From positions 1,594 through 65,593 of the forward strand of contig JAJZJF010000002.1 in assembly GCA_021810245.1 (NCBI GenBank): 64,000 bases of DNA. The letters run 5' to 3'. Below the pieces are notes generated by a model. It made no database searches. It was not told the DNA's origin and saw only the letters and a list, made by a program, of their open reading frames with translations. The position numbers were made by a program, and so were the translations under genes. Positions 10,362 through 17,625 of the stretch are shown one piece after another (the stretch's first letter is position 1; the number at the start of each line of letters is the position of its first letter). Source of the stretch: a bacterium. GTDB lineage: Bacteria > Elusimicrobiota > Elusimicrobia > UBA1565 > UBA9628.

Positions 10362-10445
10362 AAAAAGGGACTGCGTTCGCTCGCGAAGCGAGAGCGTGCC
10401 GGACCATCTTTGGGAAAGGCTTTATGGCCCGGCCAGTCCCTTTTT
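10362..10445. terminator. Nested inverted repeats between convergent genes (candidate bidirectional terminator)
   Basis: AAAAAGGGACTG (10362-10373) is the exact reverse complement of CAGTCCCTTTTT (10434-10445). Smaller internal stems lie between them. The element sits between the caspase gene stop and the feoB stop. Confidence 0.45.
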
Positions 10446-10446
10446 C

Positions 10447-12429
10447 TTAGCGCATCAAATAAGAAGTGAGATGAAAGCCGGTCCAGGACAGCGAATAGGC
10501 GACGACAAAAAAACTCGAGAATTGAATGAGCGGCCATTTCCAGCCGCCGGTTTCCCGCTGAACGACAATCAAGGTTGACAAACACTGAAGTGCAATCGCA
10601 AAGAAAATAAGGAGACTGACCGCCGTCGCCAAGCTGTAAGCCGGAAGCCCTTGGGCGTTGCGCGCGTTTCTAAGGCTGTCAATGAGGCCTCTTGACGGTT
10701 CGGTCTCTCCACTGACTGAAAAAAGAGTTCCCAAGGTGCCGACAAAAACCTCCCGCGCGCTCAAAGAAGCGATGACCGCGACGCTAATGCGCCAATCATA
10801 GCCAATGGGCTTAAATATCGGCTCAATTAATTTTCCCATCCGGCTTAAAACGCTCGACTGTAAATCAAGAGCCTGTTGCTGAAACTCAAGATCGGCTAAT
10901 TTGGCCTTTGAACTCTCGGATAAAACCCCAGCCCGCATTTTCGCGATTTCAGCCTTGATGGGAAGGCTTTGGGGATTTTTAGGAAAAGAGGCCAAGGCCC
11001 AAATCACCAGGCTAATGGTGAAAATCACTCTTCCCGCCTTGACTAAAAAATGAGAGGAGCGCACCCAGACGTAAACCCCCAATTCCCGCAAATGCGGAAA
11101 GCGGTACGGAGGCAAAACGGTCACCGGAACGGTAAAGTGGTCTTCGGCCTGTCCCAGCTTTAAAACCAAGGCGAAAAGAAGAGCCGCGACAACGCCAAAG
11201 GCGTACATTCCCGCCATTACCAGAGCCTGGGCGCTAAAGCCAAAAAAACGGAGCGAAGCCGGCACAAAGGCGGCGATGATGAGAGTATAGACCGGAATCC
11301 GGGCCGAGCAGGTCATCAGCGGGCAAAGAAAAATCGCGGCCAAGCGCTTTTTCTCATCCGCAATTGTTCGCGCCGCCATTACGCCGGGAATCGCGCAGGC
11401 AAATGAGGATAAGAAAGGAACAAAGACCTTGCCGTCCAAGCCGAAGGGCCGAAAGGCGCGGTCCAGCATCGCCCCCGCGCGGGGGAGGTATCCGCTCTGC
11501 TCTAAAAAGCCGATCAAAGCAAACAAAATCGCGATCTGAGGAATAAAGGTCGCCACCGCTGAAATTCCGGACAAGATTCCGTCGCAGACAAGACTGGAAA
11601 GAAAGCTGCCGGGAATCCAGGCGCGCAGCCACTGCGTTCCAAAGCCAAACAGGGAAGACAAAGCGTCCGACAGCGGACGCCCCAGGGAAAAGAGAGATTC
11701 AAAGACCAAAAACAATGTAGCCGCCAAAATCAAGGGACCTATGACCGGGTGAAAAAGCCGCCGATCGATCTGAATTGAACGCTCGACAGTCGAGAGAATC
11801 TCGCCTTCCGGCAGAGAAACGGCTTGGGACAAGGCCGCCTCCACGCGCGCGCGCGCGCTGTTTTCTTCCTCATCAATTGAGGAAAAACCATTTTTAATTT
11901 TCAAACTCAAATTTGATTTCTCGGGCAAAGAGGCGATAAAAGAGCGAATTTCCGCGATGCCGTCTCCATAGCGCGCCGCCGCCGGAAAGACGGGAAGCCC
12001 CAATTCCTCGGAGAGCTTCTCAACATTGATCTCAATGCCATTATGGCGGGCCTCATCCATCATGTTGATGACGACTCCAACCGAGTAGCCACGCATTTTT
12101 AAGGCCTCGGCCAAGGTAAGATCCTTGGCTAAATTCGAGGCTTCCGTTACGCAGAGAATAAAAAAATGGCCCCTAATATCCGGGTCAAGAGAAGATTCTT
12201 CTAAAAATTGAAAGGCAATCTTCTCATCTTGGGAAATGGGGCGCAGGGAATAGGTTCCGGGTAGATCGACAATTTCAATAGACTCATCGCCATCGCTTAA
12301 ATTGCCGACGGCGCGCTCAACGGTGCAGCCCGCGAAATTGGCGACCCGCTGACTGAGCCCGGTCAGAGAATTAAAAAGGGTGGTTTTGCCGGTGTTGGGA
12401 CGCCCGGCGATAGCGACGACAGTTTTCAC
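10447..12429 (-). CDS. feoB: Ferrous iron transporter FeoB
   Basis: N-terminal G-domain AGRPNTGKTTLFN, followed by a polytopic membrane domain. Preceded by feoA with a 4-nt overlap. Confidence 0.95.
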   Translation of the reverse strand: MKTVVAIAGRPNTGKTTLFNSLTGLSQRVANFAGCTVERAVGNLSDGDESIEIVDLPGTYSLRPISQDEKIAFQFLEESSLDPDIRGHFFILCVTEASNLAKDLTLAEALKMRGYSVGVVINMMDEARHNGIEINVEKLSEELGLPVFPAAARYGDGIAEIRSFIASLPEKSNLSLKIKNGFSSIDEEENSARARVEAALSQAVSLPEGEILSTVERSIQIDRRLFHPVIGPLILAATLFLVFESLFSLGRPLSDALSSLFGFGTQWLRAWIPGSFLSSLVCDGILSGISAVATFIPQIAILFALIGFLEQSGYLPRAGAMLDRAFRPFGLDGKVFVPFLSSFACAIPGVMAARTIADEKKRLAAIFLCPLMTCSARIPVYTLIIAAFVPASLRFFGFSAQALVMAGMYAFGVVAALLFALVLKLGQAEDHFTVPVTVLPPYRFPHLRELGVYVWVRSSHFLVKAGRVIFTISLVIWALASFPKNPQSLPIKAEIAKMRAGVLSESSKAKLADLEFQQQALDLQSSVLSRMGKLIEPIFKPIGYDWRISVAVIASLSAREVFVGTLGTLFSVSGETEPSRGLIDSLRNARNAQGLPAYSLATAVSLLIFFAIALQCLSTLIVVQRETGGWKWPLIQFSSFFVVAYSLSWTGFHLTSYLMR

Positions 12430-12665
12430 GGGATTTTGGAGATTTCTTTAACGCGAATATGCTTAAAGAGTCTTTTTTCAACGGCGAGAAGTTGAGAGCC
12501 AACCAGACATTCAACGGGGTCTTTGAGCGGGGTGGCCATGACCTTGGTCACCGAGACCCCCGAGCGAATTCCCATTCCCAAAAGGCAAGCTAAATCTTTT
12601 TCGTTTAATCCTTGCATATCCTCAATTCGAACCGCTCGGTTGAGCGCGACTTCCTCTAAGGTCAT
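12426..12665 (-). CDS. feoA: FeoA
   Basis: 79 aa from ATG 12665 (MTLEEVALNRAVRIEDM...). The track ORF extends to 12866 only by reading through the tRNA gene on the opposite strand. Confidence 0.85.
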   Translation of the reverse strand: MTLEEVALNRAVRIEDMQGLNEKDLACLLGMGIRSGVSVTKVMATPLKDPVECLVGSQLLAVEKRLFKHIRVKEISKIP

Positions 12666-12792
12666 AAATTTTCCCCTCTTTAACCAAGGGCACTTGGCCC
12701 CCGTCACTTTTATTATAACCTTATTGAGACTTAATTTCAATAACAAAATAGGCCGCGCTTGTCTCCGCCCCTGATATGTGATAAAATCTTTT

Positions 12793-12869
12793 TGCGGGGT
12801 AGAGCAGCCTGGTAGCTCGCAAGGCTCATAACCTTGAGGTCGCTGGTTCAAATCCAGCCCCCGCAACCA
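12793..12869 (+). tRNA. tRNA-Met (anticodon CAT), initiator-like
   Basis: Hand-folded cloverleaf: TGCGGGG-TA-GAGC-AGCCTGGTA-GCTC-G-CAAGG-CTCATAA-CCTTG-AGGTC-GCTGG-TTCAAAT-CCAGC-CCCCGCA-A-CCA (77 nt). It has A11:T24, and its D and T loops match E. coli tRNA-fMet as I recall it. The 1:72 pair is weak (T1:A72). Only two of the three initiator G:C pairs are present in the anticodon stem. Confidence 0.85.
12822..12867. repeat. attL: 46-bp direct repeat (3' half of tRNA-Met)
   Basis: AGGCTCATAACCTTGAGGTCGCTGGTTCAAATCCAGCCCCCGCAAC is identical, base by base, to 29105-29150. Confidence 0.9.
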
Positions 12870-12901
12870 TTTAGCCGCGTTTCTCGACGAGAAATCGACT
12901 C

Positions 12902-12930
12902 GCCTGGGCCCGAAAAGGCCCGGGCTTTTT
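12902..12930 (+). terminator. Intrinsic terminator downstream of tRNA-Met (island-encoded)
   Basis: GCCTGGGCC-CGAAAA-GGCCCGGGC forms a 9-bp stem with one G:T pair, followed by TTTTT (12926-12930). Confidence 0.6.
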
Positions 12931-12977
12931 GATGCCTAAAAAGCCCGCAAGGCCCCAAGGTTAGTGGAGGTCGAGAA

Positions 12978-13946
12978 ATGGCAAAAACCGCGATCAGCCG
13001 AGCCGCCGTCGGCAATGAAGTCACCTTAGCCCATGCCTCGGAGTCCTTTCAGCTCCGTTGCCAGGCACGGAACCTTTCGCCGCTCACCTGCGATTGGTAC
13101 AAGCGTCGGCTAAAAAGATTCTGGCGTTTCCTTGAAGCGCAAGGCGTCACGCTTGGGCGCGAGATCACGCCGCATCTGATCCGTCTCTACTTGGACAAGA
13201 TGCGCGCGGAAAATCTGAGTTCCGGCCTCATCGCGCGGGACTACGGCGCATTCAAGTGCTTCTTTCGCTTCCTGACGCAAGAGCGGCTCATCCCGCAAAA
13301 TCCCATCCAGCTCGTGGAGAAGCCGCGCATGGAGCAGAAGCTCGTCCGGCCGCTCTCGATGGAGCAAGTGCGGCTGTTGCTTGCCAAGGCCAATCAAAAG
13401 CGGTTTTTTGGCCAGCGGGTCTGGACAATGGCGGTCCTCATCCTCGATACCGGCCTTCGCCGCGCCGAGGTCATTGGGCTCAAGAAAGACGACATAGACT
13501 TCAACAAGGGCGTCCTGCGCGTCATGGGCAAGGGCGGCAAGGAGCGCGAGGTCCCCTTCGGCGCGACCTCAAAGCAGGCGCTCTGGAACTACCTCATGCG
13601 CCGCGGCGAATTGCCCGGCCAGGAGCTACTCTTCGTGAATCAATTTGGCGATAAGATTTGCCCGCGCTGGATGAACAAGGCCATCAGGATGCTGGGCGAG
13701 CGGGCGGGGATCAAGGGCCTGCGCGTCTCGCCCCATGCGCTGCGCCACACCTTCGCGACGCAGTATATCTTGAACGGCGGCGACGCCTTCAGCCTCCAGC
13801 AAATCCTCGGGCATTCGACGCTTGAAATGGTGAAGGTCTATGTCGGTCTGGCCAACCGAGACGTGGCGCTGCTCCACCGGCGCTTCAGCCCGATGGACCG
13901 GATGGGCTTGGTGCCGGGCGCCAAGCGGCGAGTGCTGGTGAGGTAA
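12978..13946 (+). CDS. Tyrosine recombinase/integrase (XerC/D-like), island integrase 1
   Basis: N-terminal SAM-like core-binding domain. Catalytic region has TGLRRAE, HALRHTFAT, LGHSTLEMVKVY (R..H-x-x-R..H..Y). RBS GGAGG before the ATG. Confidence 0.9.
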   Translation: MAKTAISRAAVGNEVTLAHASESFQLRCQARNLSPLTCDWYKRRLKRFWRFLEAQGVTLGREITPHLIRLYLDKMRAENLSSGLIARDYGAFKCFFRFLTQERLIPQNPIQLVEKPRMEQKLVRPLSMEQVRLLLAKANQKRFFGQRVWTMAVLILDTGLRRAEVIGLKKDDIDFNKGVLRVMGKGGKEREVPFGATSKQALWNYLMRRGELPGQELLFVNQFGDKICPRWMNKAIRMLGERAGIKGLRVSPHALRHTFATQYILNGGDAFSLQQILGHSTLEMVKVYVGLANRDVALLHRRFSPMDRMGLVPGAKRRVLVR

Positions 13947-14212
13947 AATGAACAACCCCCTTGACGACATGGAATATACGCGGTAAAACAATGGCGTAAC
14001 CATGGAGCCATCCAATGATGAGTGAAACATGTCGACTCTTTTCTACCATTACAAAGTTGGATAAAAGACAGCGCCCGCGCAAGTCTCCACAATCCTTTCT
14101 ATGAATTAGATTGGGCGTCCCACAAACCCGAAAAGATTAAGCCGCTTTAGCCTTCCTTTGACGTTCCCCATATTCTTAGGCCAATATTTTTGTTTGATAG
14201 TAAAACATTCTA

Positions 14213-14241
14213 TTGACAGATAATCGAACATCTGTTACAAT
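14213..14241 (+). promoter_or_regulatory. Sigma70 promoter with embedded palindromic operator for the HTH-Panacea/toxin operon
   Basis: TTGACA (14213-14218), 17-nt spacer, TACAAT (14236-14241). The spacer contains the inverted repeat ACAGAT (14216-14221) / ATCTGT (14230-14235). Confidence 0.6.
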
Positions 14242-14264
14242 AAAATAAACAAAAAGGAGAAAGA

Positions 14265-15047
14265 ATGAACATTGGGGAAAGGATTCGTAAAATGCGCGAG
14301 AGTTTAAGCCTTAGTCAGCAGGACTTGGCCTTGAAAATCGGCTTGCCGCGACCGGCGCTTTCACAAATTGAGAGCGGAGGGCGTAAAGTCTCGGCTGATG
14401 AACTCCTCCTTTTCTCAAAAGCCCTCAACATGACGATCGACCAACTCATGGGCCTCTCGCCAGTTCCCAGCGTTTCCATCGCCTCTCCCAGCCGAGAAAA
14501 CCGAGCCACCCCGCATCCCCAGGAAATGCGGATTAGCGTTCCGCAAAAGAAAATGCAGAAATTCCGCCAGGTGATCCTCTATTTGCTCGACAAAGTCGGC
14601 GCCAAACCCAATATCGGGGAAACCGTTCTCTATAAGCTTTTATATTTTATTGATTTCAACTATTACGAGAAATACGAAGAGCAATTGATCGGCGCGACTT
14701 ACATTAAAAACCACTATGGCCCGACTCCCGTGGAGTTCAAAAAGTTAATAGATCAAATGGTCAAGGACAAAGAAATCGAGCAGGTCAAAAGCCGCTATTT
14801 TAATTTTCCGCAGACCAAATACCTGCCGCGTTTGTCTCCGGATTTATCCCTCTTTTCAGCGCGCGAAAAAGAGGAAATTGACCGCGTAATCGAACGCCTT
14901 TCCGACATGAACGCGGCGCAGATCAGCGCTTATTCGCACAAAGACGTCCCCTGGATAACGACCGAAAAGGGCCAGCCCATCGATTACGAATCGGTTTTTT
15001 ACCGGACGCCGGATTATTCCATGAGGCCCGCCATTGAAGACATTTAA
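14265..15047 (+). CDS. XRE-HTH fused to Panacea (DUF4065/SocA-like) antitoxin domain
   Basis: N-terminal HTH IRKMRESLSLSQQDLALKIGLPRPALSQIESGGRKVS. C-terminal LYKLLYFIDFNYYEKYEEQLIGATYIKNHYGPTPVEF matches the Panacea signature (KL.YF.D......G..l....y.....GP). RBS AAGGAG. Confidence 0.8.
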   Translation: MNIGERIRKMRESLSLSQQDLALKIGLPRPALSQIESGGRKVSADELLLFSKALNMTIDQLMGLSPVPSVSIASPSRENRATPHPQEMRISVPQKKMQKFRQVILYLLDKVGAKPNIGETVLYKLLYFIDFNYYEKYEEQLIGATYIKNHYGPTPVEFKKLIDQMVKDKEIEQVKSRYFNFPQTKYLPRLSPDLSLFSAREKEEIDRVIERLSDMNAAQISAYSHKDVPWITTEKGQPIDYESVFYRTPDYSMRPAIEDI

Positions 15048-15414
15048 TGAGATTATTCAATGTCCCGAGTTTAAGAAAGACATCAAAAAGCTCTCAAAGC
15101 GCTTTCGCTCGCTTCCTGAAGACCTCGCAACCTTCATCCGCTTCCAGCTTAATTCCTATCACAACCTGGGAATCGATAACGGCGGAATTTTTCGGATTCC
15201 CGGCCTGCCCTTCATAATCCCCAGCGTATACAAAGCCAAAAAATTCGCCTGCAAGGCCCTCAAGGGACGCGGCGCGCAATCGGGAATTCGGATTATTTAC
15301 GCTCATTTCGAAAGTGAAAATCGCATTGATCTAATCGAAATCTATTTCAAAGGCGACAAAGAAAACGAAAACAAGGAACGGATAGCGCGGATGTATCCTC
15401 AGAGAAGTAGCTGA
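15034..15414 (+). CDS. RelE/ParE-superfamily toxin (partner of the Panacea antitoxin)
   Basis: Overlaps the antitoxin by 14 nt. SGIRIIYAHFESENRIDLIEIYFKGDKEN matches the RelE/ParE core strands (yRiiY...i.li.i..K). There is no in-frame ATG near the 5' end, so TTG 15034 with GAGG upstream is the likely start. Confidence 0.65.
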   Translation: MKTFNEIIQCPEFKKDIKKLSKRFRSLPEDLATFIRFQLNSYHNLGIDNGGIFRIPGLPFIIPSVYKAKKFACKALKGRGAQSGIRIIYAHFESENRIDLIEIYFKGDKENENKERIARMYPQRSS

Positions 15415-15553
15415 AATGTCTTAGAAAGTTTGTCCATGGGGATGCGGCCGAGCAATTCGCGGAGAGCCCCCCGAAAGAATATCGCGAGCACAGTGGAAAC
15501 CATCCTTAACTCTCGATGCAAAACTGCCAACAGGGAAAGGTCTTCCTGCGGCC

Positions 15554-16117
15554 TTAAACTGCTTGAGTCATAGGCCGGTCAGCATAACGCTCAAGAAGAA
15601 GATCATGTTCAATAGCGTTCTTTATTTTTGCGTAAAAACCCTTAAGACGTGGATAGTCCAATAAAAATAACGCTCCAGCGAGGGGAACCGTCAGCATGAT
15701 CACTAGCAATAAAAGAGGAGAACGAAGCGTTAAAGAGAGACTCAATATTTCCGCCGCTTTGCGCCACTCAGCTTCCAGCTTTGTTCTCAGTTTTTTATCG
15801 TCAATCCGACTCAGGATTTCAGCAATCTGATTGCGCCGTGGTTTAAGCAGAAATAACGCCGCCATAATCTTGGGAAACGTCAACGTATGACAATAACGAA
15901 TAAGGCCATTGAACACCTCGCGAATATCGCGATATTCAGCGGAATTGAAATCAAGCTCCCCATCAGCCGCCATCAAAAATATTGTATTGCGAATCTTAAA
16001 AAGCTCGTGTCGGGCAATATCTATAATCAACCGCTGCCATAACCGATAGACAAACCACGCGAGAAGACCAATTCCAATTAAAAATTCTATGCGCCCAAAG
16101 AAAATTTCTCGTGTCAT
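15554..16117 (-). CDS. Hypothetical membrane protein (TM helix at each end, helical cytoplasmic middle)
   Basis: 187 aa. TM1 IEFLIGIGLLAWFVYRLW, TM2 LLLLVIMLTVPLAGALFLL. ATGA overlap with the upstream 129-aa gene. No family recognised. Confidence 0.6.
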   Translation of the reverse strand: MTREIFFGRIEFLIGIGLLAWFVYRLWQRLIIDIARHELFKIRNTIFLMAADGELDFNSAEYRDIREVFNGLIRYCHTLTFPKIMAALFLLKPRRNQIAEILSRIDDKKLRTKLEAEWRKAAEILSLSLTLRSPLLLLVIMLTVPLAGALFLLDYPRLKGFYAKIKNAIEHDLLLERYADRPMTQAV

Positions 16118-16503
16118 AGATTGGCATCCTCCGGATTTGTTTCTCCCTTATGCGTCAACATGCTGCTTGTTCTATTCGGATCCAGCCTTTTTTCCAATTC
16201 TACAATGTGATTCTGCATGCTTGCCACTTTTTTAAGCCGCAACTGACGTTCAAGAGTAGCCCATACGAAAAAAATAATCACTAAAATCCACGGCAACCAA
16301 TGGGAACGACTCTCTCGTGTAAAATATTGAAAAAAGAAATCCGCAATTGTCGTTTTCCCCGCCAACTCTTTGATGGAAAAATACCCATATCGGCAAACAA
16401 CCCATATTGCCGCTAGCGTTACAATTTTGGATAGGAAATCAAAAATCTTTACGACAATGAGAAATCGGAACCCCATCTCCGCATCCCGCGATTCCACTGC
16501 CAT
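16114..16503 (-). CDS. Hypothetical 2-TM protein with C-terminal coiled-coil
   Basis: 129 aa. TM helices FLIVVKIFDFLSKIVTLAAIWVV and WLPWILVIIFFVWATL, then the heptad-like ERQLRLKKVASMQNHIVELEKRL. No family recognised. Confidence 0.6.
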   Translation of the reverse strand: MAVESRDAEMGFRFLIVVKIFDFLSKIVTLAAIWVVCRYGYFSIKELAGKTTIADFFFQYFTRESRSHWLPWILVIIFFVWATLERQLRLKKVASMQNHIVELEKRLDPNRTSSMLTHKGETNPEDANL

Positions 16504-16509
16504 CGTCTG

Positions 16510-16539
16510 ATACTACAATACAATGAGAACCTCATGCAA
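16510..16539 (-). promoter_or_regulatory. Candidate promoter giving a leaderless transcript for the two membrane-protein genes
   Basis: Minus strand: TTGCAT (complement of 16534-16539), 18-nt spacer, TAGTAT (complement of 16510-16515), then 6 nt and the ATG at 16503. There is no Shine-Dalgarno sequence. Confidence 0.45.
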
Positions 16540-16639
16540 AAAAATAATCGGTGAGCGCCTTCATGTTCCAGCTAAGCTCCCTCGAGCATTCGAAATGTTT
16601 ACGTAATTTCCCTGTTGACTTGCACATAGAGTATAAGCT

Positions 16640-17005
16640 ACCCTGTCGTTACGCTCCAAGCGGAGCGGCTCTTTGACAACGGGTTTAAAACTTCTTCAAC
16701 TCTAGTCGTTAAGACTAGCCTCTAGGTGCGCCGAGGGCATCGTCCCTCAAACGTATCCTCCGGAGCAGAATCTGGCTCCTAAATCACTGCCTTATCGCTC
16801 AATGTCTCGCAACATTGAAACCAAGTTCGGTGGTTTTAGTCCAGATTTAATTCGGATAACTGAGAATTAAACTATTGAGTCATCAGTTTAATTTCCTGGG
16901 ATGGATAGCAAGACTTAAACTTAGTTAAAAAGTCTTGTTTTACGGAGTCGGTGTCGCGGGTAACCGCGTCGCTCCGTGATAAAAGTGGTTCAAAGAATAA
17001 CCAAG
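16640..17005 (+). ncRNA. Hairpin-rich non-coding leader; candidate retron msr-msd ncRNA (boundaries unknown)
   Basis: No credible ORF lies in 16504-17019. Hairpins read by eye: GCTCC/GGAGC 16653-16666; CTAGTC/GACTAG 16702-16718; GAGGG/CCCTC 16733-16748; palindrome CTCCGGAG 16757-16764; CAATGT/ACATTG 16800-16817; AATTAAACT/AGTTTAATT 16865-16893; CAAGACTT/AAGTCTTG 16909-16937; ACGGAG/CTCCGT 16942-16977 enclosing CGCGG-GTAA-CCGCG. I could not find a long a1/a2 inverted repeat by eye. Confidence 0.3.
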
Positions 17006-17019
17006 GAGGTGATAAGAAA

Positions 17020-17310
17020 ATGAAAAATAAGTTGAAGAAGGAAGTGTCGTTGCCCGTTGGAGAGGCTGAACAAATGGTACGCCTGCTAAAACAGGTTGCC
17101 GAAAATCGGCCGCTCACACCTCGCATCAGACGCAAGCTGTCAGAAGCCGCAGCGGGAATACAGACCCGCGTAAGTCTACTGAAAGACGGCCAGGTCAAGG
17201 TATCCGAGAAGTTGCTGGTAGTCGCACTTCGCGGTATCTCGCTTCTGGTTCACTTCCAGAAAGAAATCAGGGAAGTGGCAAGCGTTCTAATGGGCATGAA
17301 GGACAAATAA
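17020..17310 (+). CDS. Small helical protein of unknown function, first cistron of the RT operon
   Basis: 96 aa from ATG 17020, with strong RBS AAGGAGGTG at 17003-17011. The track's longer GTG 16951 start would read through the structured leader. No family recognised. Confidence 0.6.
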   Translation: MKNKLKKEVSLPVGEAEQMVRLLKQVAENRPLTPRIRRKLSEAAAGIQTRVSLLKDGQVKVSEKLLVVALRGISLLVHFQKEIREVASVLMGMKDK

Positions 17311-17328
17311 AACACCGACTCACATTTT

Positions 17329-17616
17329 ATGATTAAATTCGGAAGGACGATCAAGACGTATCGGAAAAAAATGAGGCTAACGCAGGTGGCGTTAGCTCAA
17401 CGGGTTAATATTGAACCAACATATTTGTCAGCAATTGAGAATGGCAGGCGCGAGCCGAGCTTGACGCTTGTAAAACAAATCAGCAAGGCTGTGGCAATCC
17501 CAGCCGAAATCTTTTTCTGGGATGCCATTGAGCCAAAAGGCTCCATGTCACTTCAAGATCGGCGCGCCATAAATCTTGCAAAAAGCATCCTCCAGAATCA
17601 CTTCAAAGCGCTCTAG
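17329..17616 (+). CDS. XRE-family HTH protein
   Basis: IKTYRKKMRLTQVALAQRVNIEPTYLSAIENGRREPSLTLVKQISKAV is a classic Cro/C1-type HTH. The stop lies 9 nt before the RT start. Confidence 0.8.
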   Translation: MIKFGRTIKTYRKKMRLTQVALAQRVNIEPTYLSAIENGRREPSLTLVKQISKAVAIPAEIFFWDAIEPKGSMSLQDRRAINLAKSILQNHFKAL

Positions 17617-17625
17617 AACTCTGCA

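Noticed and set aside
12426-12866. 146-aa version of the feoA ORF extending to 12866
   Set aside because: The extension reads through the tRNA-Met gene on the opposite strand. The internal ATG at 12665 gives a normal-size FeoA.
16615-16637. TTGACT ... TATAAG as the retron operon promoter
   Set aside because: The spacer is only 11 nt (16621-16631), far from the 16-18 nt optimum. No convincing + strand promoter was found by eye.
16504-17019. Search for canonical retron a1/a2 inverted repeats and a single long msd hairpin
   Set aside because: By eye, the longest long-range complementarity is about 7 nt (CGGAGCG at 16661-16667 versus CGCTCCG at 16970-16976). Only short local hairpins are visible. 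The ncRNA call is therefore kept at low confidence rather than given msr/msd coordinates.
16872-17198. 108-aa minus-strand ORF and the GTG-16951 extension of the 96-aa gene
   Set aside because: The minus-strand ORF is antisense to a gene with a strong RBS. The GTG extension would translate through the GNRA-capped stem and has no RBS.
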